NCBI GenBank assembly: GCA_963665325.3
Contig: CAXXWS020000003.1
Coordinates: forward strand, 950,981 to 1,014,980
Source of the DNA: Alphaproteobacteria bacterium
GTDB taxonomy: Bacteria > Pseudomonadota > Alphaproteobacteria > Bin95
DNA length: 64,000 nt
Direction of reading: 5' to 3'
Shown here: positions 50,156 through 58,200 of the stretch, in pieces
Layout of the letters: each line of letters begins with the position of its first letter
Position numbering within the stretch: position 1 is the stretch's first letter
The notes under the pieces: generated by a model
What the model was told of the DNA's origin: nothing
Database searches by the model: none
The model's input: the letters and a program-made list of their open reading frames with translations, nothing else
Position numbers and translations under genes: made by a program

Positions 50156-50403
50156 TCTTGTGATAAGCTTATGTCACAGACTGTGATATTCTTGTGATAT
50201 CCGAACGAGTTGGCCGCCGAAATCTTTTTGTGGCTTTCTTGTGTTAATTGTGATATTCTTATGATACAGCTTGGGCCGAATTCTCTTGTGATAAAATTAT
50301 GCTTCTTGTTCTATTTTTATGATGCTAACCATTGTGGGCCGCCAGCGCCCCAATGGGGCGGTGGCGTGCCGGAGGGGCAGCATATCATAAGAACATCATA
50401 AGA
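50156..50403. repeat. iteron array TCTT(G/A)TGATA (about 6 direct plus 2 inverted copies) flanking a GC hairpin; candidate oriT / RHH-protein binding region
   Basis: Direct copies lie at 50156, 50190, 50237 (TCTTGTGTTA), 50257 (TCTTATGATA) and 50284, with core-only copies TGTGATA at 50183 and TTGTGATA at 50248. Inverted copies are TATCATAAGA at 50383 and ATCATAAGA at 50395. The hairpin GCCAGCGCCCC-aat-GGGGCGGTGGC is at 50341..50365. Confidence 0.5.
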
Positions 50404-50476
50404 TTTCGTCAGACCATTTCCGCTTCTCATCGCATTTCGGTGCGTGGCGATGAAGGCCCGGGGAGGCTGAGCCGGC

Positions 50477-51256
50477 ATGATCGGGAAGCGTGCGCGAGGC
50501 TTCTACTGCACGCGGGAAGAGCGGTCTGCGATCGGGGCGCGGGCAGCCGCGGCGGGGCTGTCCGTCTCCCGCCTGGTGCTCGACCTCGTGCATGACGACA
50601 TTGCCGACGGCCCCGATTCGGGGCTCACGGCGGAGGAGATGGTGGAACTGCTCGACGGCCTCCGGGTGCTTGCGGCGTATGTGCGGGGCCTGCGCGACAG
50701 GACGGCGGAGGACGGCGCTCCCCGGACCGTTCCCGGAAGCGACGGGAGGCATCATGGGGATGTCGGGGATCGCGCCTGCGGAACGCCGGCGGACCGGGTG
50801 CGCCTGTCGGTCTCGGCGACGGACGGAGAGTGGGCGGCTGTCCATGAGCGGGCGCGGCAGGGCGGTCTGTCTATCTCGCGCTATCTCGGTGGCCTCCTGT
50901 TGCCGGACGCCGCTGTCGAGGGTCCGCTGCCGGCGCTCAGCGGCGTGGAGCAGCGCGAAGTGCTGGAGGCGGTGCGGCACATGCGTTTGCTGCTTTCCGA
51001 AGCGGAAGCGCCCGGCGCCGGTTCGACCGGAATGCCGGACCGGTTTTCGGCTTCGCTCGATGCCGGAGGGTCTGTGCTCGACGAAGACGGCCGGGAGGAA
51101 AGGTCCGGCGCTCGACCTTCCGCCAGCCCTGACGGCGGGCATGTCGAAACAGGCGATGCCGGACCCCGTTCGCCGCCGCTCGCAGCCGAGAGTTCGAAAC
51201 CGGCGGAAACGGCCGAGACCGATCCGGACCCGTCCGACCAGGGCGCCCTGTTCTGA
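50477..51256 (+). CDS. protein with two ribbon-helix-helix (MobC-like) modules (modules 4 and 5) and an acidic C-terminal tail
   Basis: 259 aa. It contains GFYCTREERSAIGARAAAAGLSVSRLVLDLV and RLSVSATDGEWAAVHERARQGGLSISRYLGGLL. Each is followed by an L.xE(E/Q)..L helix. Confidence 0.6.
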   Translation: MIGKRARGFYCTREERSAIGARAAAAGLSVSRLVLDLVHDDIADGPDSGLTAEEMVELLDGLRVLAAYVRGLRDRTAEDGAPRTVPGSDGRHHGDVGDRACGTPADRVRLSVSATDGEWAAVHERARQGGLSISRYLGGLLLPDAAVEGPLPALSGVEQREVLEAVRHMRLLLSEAEAPGAGSTGMPDRFSASLDAGGSVLDEDGREERSGARPSASPDGGHVETGDAGPRSPPLAAESSKPAETAETDPDPSDQGALF

Positions 51257-51346
51257 ACCGGAGCGTCGGCTCGATTGCCCTCTCGCGGTTCGGCGGTCCG
51301 CCGACTTTCGGGCTCGCCGGAACGCTGCGGTCGTCTTTGCCCGGGT

Positions 51347-52684
51347 TCACTCAACCGGCGCCGGCACTTTCTCTTCGCGAAAGATGCAGGGAAACGGGTC
51401 ATCCGCCGGAACCTGCAACGACCCGGATCGAAGACAGAACGGCAATGCCCATAGCCGCAGCCCCTCCGCCCCTGAAAACAGGAACGGCGGCAGGGGCCGG
51501 TCGAACGCGTCCGTTTTCGGATAGACCAGGGCCATGTCACCCCGCCCCCCGTCGAGATAGTTCAGGCCGTAGGCCAGCATCTGGTAGAAGTCGCGCTCCG
51601 ACAGGCCGTATTTCTGCCTGGGGTCGTCGAGCCGGGCGTCCAGAAGCTTCCATTTCGTATCCAGAACCAGCCGGTTGCGATTGCCCTCGCGCACCAGAAT
51701 GTCCGGGACGAGCCGGAACCAGTCCCGTTCGCGATGGCGCACCAGATGGCGGCCCCGGGACTGCGTCCTGACGTACCGCGGCCGGATGACCTGCCGCAAC
51801 AGGCGTGCAGCTACGAACGCCTCGAACAGGGCTTCCATCGGGAACAACAGCGAGGGAGCCGGATGCGAACCGGCGCCGGTCAGGGGCGACAGACCGCCAA
51901 GGATCAGGCGGGCCCAGCCGAGCGCATCGCCATAGTGGGTCATCGTGCGGTCGGGTCTCAAGCGCCGGAAGTCGCCCGCCGGGGCCTGGGACAGAGGAAC
52001 ATCCGCAAACACCGAGCCGAGTTCTCGAGCCGACCGCTGGTTGGCCGGTAAGCCGGACAGCGCCAGCACCCGGCGCAATGCCGTATGCACAAGCCGGTTC
52101 TCCGGCCGGTCTGCCGAGAACTCGTCGTGCTCCGTGAAGAAGCGGTCCATGCGAAACATGTTCCGCCGCAGATGCGGCCCCGTCAGCAGCTTGCCGCGCA
52201 AGGCCGCAACGTCGTCCTGAAGGTCGATGTAGTCGCTGCGCAGTCCGTGCTTGACGATGCGCTCGACCGCCCGGAGAAACTCCGAGACGAAGATATCCGG
52301 CAAGGGCATGCGCGCGGCCAGCAGCCTGGCCCTGTCCGTCACGATATGGCGAAAGCCCGGCAGGCACCGGAGCATGTCGATCAGCAATTGCCTTGCCTCT
52401 CCGTGTCCTCCGGCGATGACCTTGCCGACCTTGGGCAGCACCTCGATCTGGAAACCGTCCGGCGCCTGCACCACGCCGGCGAAACTCGTGACCCGCACGG
52501 CTGGACGGCCCCGGTGGCCGGTCAGGCGGAGCCAGGCGGCTTCGTCTCTGTCCGCGAGAGCCGCGCACTGTCCTTCGAGCCACCGGTACACGCCGGCAGG
52601 GACGCTGCGCACAGTCCCGGTCTCCGGCAAGTCGGGCGGCCCGGCGCACAGCGTATCGAACTCATGGATCGTTATGCCCTTCAT
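51347..52684 (-). CDS. mcrC: McrC-like restriction endonuclease subunit
   Basis: 445 aa. The C-terminal PD-(D/E)xK-type motif is LVLDTKWKLLD...ERDFYQMLAY. It starts 15 nt downstream of the McrB-like stop on the same strand. Confidence 0.8.
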   Translation of the reverse strand: MKGITIHEFDTLCAGPPDLPETGTVRSVPAGVYRWLEGQCAALADRDEAAWLRLTGHRGRPAVRVTSFAGVVQAPDGFQIEVLPKVGKVIAGGHGEARQLLIDMLRCLPGFRHIVTDRARLLAARMPLPDIFVSEFLRAVERIVKHGLRSDYIDLQDDVAALRGKLLTGPHLRRNMFRMDRFFTEHDEFSADRPENRLVHTALRRVLALSGLPANQRSARELGSVFADVPLSQAPAGDFRRLRPDRTMTHYGDALGWARLILGGLSPLTGAGSHPAPSLLFPMEALFEAFVAARLLRQVIRPRYVRTQSRGRHLVRHRERDWFRLVPDILVREGNRNRLVLDTKWKLLDARLDDPRQKYGLSERDFYQMLAYGLNYLDGGRGDMALVYPKTDAFDRPLPPFLFSGAEGLRLWALPFCLRSGSLQVPADDPFPCIFREEKVPAPVE

Positions 52685-52699
52685 GCCGGGGACCGCAAG

Positions 52700-55180
52700 T
52701 TACTGCGGCTGGTAGATTCCGACATAGGCGAGCGGATTGCCGAACGCCTCTTGCTGAACCGTGTAGAGAGGCCTCGCGGCCTCGCTTTCGAGACCGTGAT
52801 CGTCGCCGAACAGGTCGTGCAGGTCGCGGTCGGGCGCACTGTCCTCAAGGATGAACTGCTCCGGTCCCGGTTTCCGGTTGTCCGCCAGCACCAGCCGGAT
52901 CTTCCGCCAGTCCTCGAAGAAATATTCCTCCAGCAAGGGCAGGACACGCCTGCGGAACACGAGCTCCAGCGCCTTCATCCGCGCGGGACCGTCCTCTGCA
53001 TCGCCGAGCGCCATGAAGTATGTGTGTCCGATGCAGTGGTCGCGGTCGTACAGGGCCTCGATGCGCCGGTTGATCGCCGCCAGCATCCGCGGAATCTCGA
53101 TCTCATGGTCCTCCGTGGTCACCCGCAGGCCGGCGAGCGGCGCGCCGGGCGCATCGCGCGTGTCCGGCATCATCGCCACGAACTCGAACCGTCTTCGAAG
53201 CGCGGTGTCCAGCAGCGCCAGGGACCGGTCCGCCGTGTTCATCGTGCCGACGATGTCGATATTGCCCGGCACGGAAAAATCATCGCCCGAATAGGGCAGT
53301 GTCACCATAAGGGCATTGGTGGCGTTCTGGCGCTTGTCGGGCTCGGCAAGGGTAATCAGCTCGCCGAAAATCTTGCTGATATTGCCACGGTTGATCTCGT
53401 CGATGACCATGGCGTAGCGATGGCCTGGGTTCCGGCGCGCCCTGTCGCATAGCTCCTTGAAGGCTCCGTCGCGGATTTCGTAGCGGACCTGGCCGGTGTC
53501 GGCCTCTTCATCGAGTACCGGCCTCAGACCTTCCACGAACTCCTCATAGCCGTAGGACTGGTGGAAGGTGACGAAGGTGAACCGGTCCTCGTAGTCGCTC
53601 CGCAGAAGTTCGGACAATCTGTGGGTCTTGCCCGTCCCCGGCGGGCCGTAATAGATCCGGTTGAGTGCCGGGCGCTTTGCTGCAGTATCCTGTTCCTCAG
53701 CATTATCCATGTCCGAATCCGGCCGGACGGGGTCTTGCTGCAATTGGTCCGGCCATAACGCCGGGCGTGCGGTCCGCCACTCGTCCGGGAAGTGCGGTTC
53801 TGCCGCCAACTCGCCCTCGATCTGCGCGACAAGTTGCTCCGTCAGCGGTTGGTATTTGGCCCGCTGAATGGTGCCGATCGGCAGCGTTAATCGAATTTCT
53901 CGGTCGCGTTTTCCCCGGACTGTGCCAAGAACTCCCTTCGCGTTCGTCCTGTCGGGGTCCTTGCGACCGAAACAGACCTTTACTCCGTTCCCACGGTGCC
54001 ACCAGTCCAGACCGGCTTCATGCGTAGCTCGGGCCAATCTGCAGAACAGTGACTTCTCGTCCGGTTTCCACCTGAGACGAAAATCCCTGAATGCCGGTTT
54101 TCCGTCGAAATGGGCCAGCAGGTTCTCATCGTCCGTATCCAGGTCTCTTTCATCCCAGGCTGCCAATGACAGTTCGGGAAAGCTATGAACCGGGGCGTCG
54201 TCCTGGCGAAAACGATCATTGAGACTGTCGAGCAGTTCCAGATATGCTTCCGGTTTGCCGGGCTCCCGGGGAACGTCGAGGTCCAGGCGGACCTCAATGT
54301 ATTTCCGTGCTAGGCCGTCAAGCGACACGAAGTTCCATGGGCGTGCCCAGAAGAGACCTATGGCCAGCTTCCGGGAGACGCCTCCCAGATTGGCGGCGGT
54401 GCGGTACGCCTGCGCGAACTCGGCGCGGTTCTCCGGAAGACCGGAATCCGCGAGCCGGACCGCTGCCTCGAAACATCTCCACAAGGCCCCGATGTCGCCC
54501 TCGCCGCGGTCGCGGGTCGTTCCGAAGAACCATGAATTCCGGTTGTCGAGAACGGGGATGCCTGGAAACTCTTCCGGCACCGAAACCTCGATACCCAGCA
54601 TTTCGGCGAGCGCGGCAGCAATCTTCCTCCGGTTATCGTCCTTGATGCCCCGATTGAACATGCCTGTCACGGTAAACGGACAGATATCCGTCAGCGGTCC
54701 TACTGTGCCGTCCGCAAACCTGTCCTTCTGGAGATATGACAAGAGAGGTTCTGTCGCAGCGAGTTCGTGTATGCCCTTGACCAGCGACGTTCGATCCTCC
54801 CGATAGTCCATGAGCCTGTCTGCGAGCGCCCGGTAGAACTCCAGGCCGCGAAACCGGCTGTCTTCACTGACGGCCATGGCATTCGTCTCCCGGTACTCAC
54901 GATATTTCCTGACAGCCGTGCTGTAGGCAGCGAGCCCCTTGTAGAGATCGCCGCCTATGGGAATCCTGGAGGGGTTATCAGCCTTCGCGTCCCTGTCAGC
55001 CGCCGAATAATGGAGTCCGTCAAGAACCCCTTCGAGGCGATCCTCGTCGTAAAGCCCGTCAAGGTCGCCATAGTGCTCTTCGACCCTCTTGGTGTCCGAG
55101 ACATATGTACTGACCGACGACTCAAGTAGCTCGCTCTGTTTGAGCCAGTCTCTGTACTTGTCCGCTCTCAACTCCCCCAT
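52700..55180 (-). CDS. mcrB: McrB-like AAA+ GTPase restriction subunit with ~540-aa N-terminal region
   Basis: The start was set at MGELRADKYRDW (ATG 55180), 826 aa. It has Walker A YYGPPGTGKTH and the McrB signatures VIDEINRGNISKIFGEL and GTMNTADRSLALLDTALRRRFEF. The 275 upstream codons of the track ORF overlap the relaxase 3' end and were discarded. Confidence 0.85.
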   Translation of the reverse strand: MGELRADKYRDWLKQSELLESSVSTYVSDTKRVEEHYGDLDGLYDEDRLEGVLDGLHYSAADRDAKADNPSRIPIGGDLYKGLAAYSTAVRKYREYRETNAMAVSEDSRFRGLEFYRALADRLMDYREDRTSLVKGIHELAATEPLLSYLQKDRFADGTVGPLTDICPFTVTGMFNRGIKDDNRRKIAAALAEMLGIEVSVPEEFPGIPVLDNRNSWFFGTTRDRGEGDIGALWRCFEAAVRLADSGLPENRAEFAQAYRTAANLGGVSRKLAIGLFWARPWNFVSLDGLARKYIEVRLDLDVPREPGKPEAYLELLDSLNDRFRQDDAPVHSFPELSLAAWDERDLDTDDENLLAHFDGKPAFRDFRLRWKPDEKSLFCRLARATHEAGLDWWHRGNGVKVCFGRKDPDRTNAKGVLGTVRGKRDREIRLTLPIGTIQRAKYQPLTEQLVAQIEGELAAEPHFPDEWRTARPALWPDQLQQDPVRPDSDMDNAEEQDTAAKRPALNRIYYGPPGTGKTHRLSELLRSDYEDRFTFVTFHQSYGYEEFVEGLRPVLDEEADTGQVRYEIRDGAFKELCDRARRNPGHRYAMVIDEINRGNISKIFGELITLAEPDKRQNATNALMVTLPYSGDDFSVPGNIDIVGTMNTADRSLALLDTALRRRFEFVAMMPDTRDAPGAPLAGLRVTTEDHEIEIPRMLAAINRRIEALYDRDHCIGHTYFMALGDAEDGPARMKALELVFRRRVLPLLEEYFFEDWRKIRLVLADNRKPGPEQFILEDSAPDRDLHDLFGDDHGLESEAARPLYTVQQEAFGNPLAYVGIYQPQ

Positions 55181-55268
55181 CCCCCCGAAACCGGCTCGGG
55201 CAGAATGCCATTCCGTCGCCGGTCTGTCTGCCTGGCCGGATGGCGGCATCCGGCCGTCGCGGGCCGGA

Positions 55269-58200
55269 TCACATGCTCCGGCCCTGGTCGATGTCCCGGC
55301 TGAGCGTCCTCTCCTGCTGGCGGTGGCGGCGCAATCTTTCGATATGCGCGTCGCGTTCGGCGGCGATATTGAGGAAGGTCTGCTTCTGTGTCTGCGAGAG
55401 GTGGAGGCTGGTGGCGAGTTCGCGCATGTCCTCGATGATGTTCGCGCCGGCGATGATGTCGAAGCGGCCGATGCGCCGGGTCTTCGCCTCCTCGCGTATC
55501 TCCTTCCATTGCGCCAGCAACTCTCCGTAGCGCCTGACGGCCAGCGGCCACGCGATGTCGTGGTCGTGGACGTTCCCGTCGAGCTCCTTCTTCGCTGCGG
55601 CGCCGATATGCGGATTCCGGGAAAGCTTGCGGGCGCGCTCGACAAGCGGCCCGCAGCCCCGGTCCGCAAATGCCACCAGCCCCTTCGCCTCGACAGGCCC
55701 CCTGAATGCGTCCCAGTCGAGGCGCCACTTCTCGAAATCGTCGTGCGCGGCCGCGCGCTTGCGGGCGTTGTCGACCGCCGTATCGAGGCGCGTGCGGTGC
55801 TCCTCGCCGAGTTTCGGGTCGCGCGCCACCGCCTCCGCGCGGGAGAGCAGGGCATGGGGCCACGGGTCTGCGGGGTCCAGCGTCCGGACGGCCTGGAGCA
55901 GTGCGGTCGCCCGGCGCTCGCGCTCCCGGCCCAGGGCCTCTTCCAGCCGCCGGCGTTCTGTCCCGGAGAGGTCCCGGCTCCCGGTAAGCCTCTCGCCGCT
56001 CGCAAGCAGGCCGTTCATCTCGTCTGCCTCCCGCGTCCAGTTCCCGGTGCGAAGGCGGAACGCGATATCGTCGGCCTCCCGGCGCGCGGCGGTCGCGGCC
56101 TCGCGCGCCCGGTTGCGGCGGGCCTCGCGCTCCGCCCGTTCCGCCTCGACCCCGTCATGCGCGCGGAGCGCATCGAGAAGGTCCTGCCGCAGCGCCGGCG
56201 GCATGGCCGGGTCGGCGGAGAGCGAACGGCCCTTGCCGAGAGTGTCTTCGCTGCGCTCCGCCCTCTCTTCTTCTCCATCGCCGTTCCATGCCGCGAGCCA
56301 TGCGGCGCCGGCCGTTTCCGCCTCCCCCCTCGCCTTCCAGTCGGCAAGCCTGATTTCGACATGGCGCCTGTTCAGGTTGCCGAGGTCCGGGTCGTCCATG
56401 ATCGGCCTTGCCAGCCCGGCGAGACGGTCCGGTTCCTCCGCCCCGCCCGGCTCGTCAACGCGTTCCATGGCCTTCGTCCACCGGCCGTGCCAGTCGCGCA
56501 CCCGCGCGTCGGCGGTCCGGGCGCGGAACAGTTCGTCGTCGCTGGAAAGCCGCAAGTCCGCGCGGGAGAGCATCGTCTTCAGCTCCTTCCTGCCGTCATC
56601 GCCGGGTAACGCAGGCGGGCCGTCGTCGGCCAGGACGGCACGCGCGGCCGTCGCGGCACTCTCCAGCTCCCGGCGCCACTCCGCATAGCCCGGACGGTCG
56701 ACCGTGCGGCTCCTTTCCGCGCCGGGTAGAAGCGTGCCGCGCGCCTCCAGCCGCTGGCGAAGTTCCTGCAGGCAGGCGCTCACCCGCCCGGCGTCCATGT
56801 CCGCCAGCGCCGCCTCGACCGCCGCCCGCGTTTCGGGGGCCGCATCCTCGACCTCCGCGAGCGTCCACAGCTCCGCCAGCAGCCCGTCATGGCCGGCATG
56901 CAATGCGGGAAACACGCCCGCCTCCGCCGCCTCCCCGTCATGGCGGGCCTTCGACGCCCGCCACGCCTCGAAACGCCGTTCGGCGTCCTGAGCGGGCGCG
57001 AGCGCATCCGCCATTTCGGCGCGGACAGTCTCTTCCTGCGCCTCCGGCTTCAGCACCGGCGCCAGGGGCTGTTTTGCCGGAACCCGCAGCGGCGCGCGTA
57101 CGGCGGTCTCCTCCTCCGGCAGGGCGATGTCCTCGCCGAGCGCCTCCAGCGCCGTCAGCCGCTCGCCGCTGTCCGCCTCCAGCGCCGCCGCCAGGCTCTC
57201 CCGGTCGTCGGTCAGCACCACGGCGTTGTCCCGCGCCCGGCTGATCTGCACGTAGAAACTCTGCAGGCCGCCCAGATGACCGTGGCCCGCATCGGCGACC
57301 GCGATTACCCGGTCCCGCGTCATCCCCTGCGCGGCATGCACCGTCGAGGCCCAGGCATGCAGGATATGCCTGAGCTGCGGGTCGTCATGGCGCCATTCGA
57401 GCTCGCGCCCGTCCTCGGTCAGCAGCCGCAGCTTGCGGGGACCGATGGAGAGGATTTCGGCCGTGGCGCCATTGTCCAGGCCGCGCGCCCTGTCATTGCG
57501 GGTCCAGCGGATGCAGTCGCCGGCCCGGATGGAGATCGTCTGCGTCTCGTGCAGGTCCAGCCGGTAGCGGATCTCGCCCGCGGGCCGGATGCGCCGCGTC
57601 CTGCCGTCCGGATGCTCCAGCACCGCCCGGTCGCCCTCGAACCCCGTCACCGTGCAGGCGTCGCCGGCGCGGATCCGGAAGGGATAGATGTCCCTGTGGA
57701 AGACGGCGACGTCGCCCTCGCTCCAGTTGCGGATGTCGCCGGTCTCGGCGCGCGTCATGCGCAGCTTCGCCAGCGTCTCGATCTCCAGCACCCGCCCGTG
57801 CAGGACGCCCTCCACCTCCAGCCCCTCGCGCACCTCCTCCACGATCCCGCGCCGGAGTTCGTGCGTGGGCGCCAGTAGCAGCGTTTCCCTGCGCTCCTCC
57901 GGCGAGAGCTCCAGCCAGAGCCGCGCCGCCGTCTCCGCCAGCTCGTCGGCCGGCAACTCCACGACATTCTCCCCCAGAAGGTCGAGCGCCCGGCGCGGCT
58001 CGCCGGCCGCCGTGTGGACCACGGCCCCCTTCAGGACCGGGTTGCGCTGCCGGCGGATGTCGTCCATCAGCGCCGTCGCCATGCCGGCCTCCTGGAGCTG
58101 CCGGAAGGGCTGGCCCGCCTCGACAGCCCTCAGCTGCTTGCGGTCTCCGACCAGCACCAGCCGTCCGACGCCGAGCTTCGCCGCGATCTTCATCAGCGCA

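Noticed and set aside
50210-50401. 63-aa ORF inside the iteron region (MAAEIFLWLSCVNCDILMIQ...)
   Set aside because: It starts at a non-ATG codon and is composed of the translated iteron repeats in an AT-rich non-coding gap. It has no ribosome-binding site.
50156-50403. Possible CRISPR array or replication-origin iterons
   Set aside because: The repeat unit is only ~10 bp with irregular short spacing, and two copies are inverted, so this is not a CRISPR architecture. No cas genes and no replication initiator gene are nearby. An oriT/RHH-binding interpretation fits the neighbourhood better and is kept as a finding.
55181-56005. 275-codon N-terminal extension of the McrB-like ORF
   Set aside because: The extension is Arg/Ser/Thr/Pro-rich low-complexity sequence and overlaps the 3' end of the relaxase gene in another frame. 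A clean ATG (55180) gives a well-behaved N-terminus, MGELRADKYRDW.
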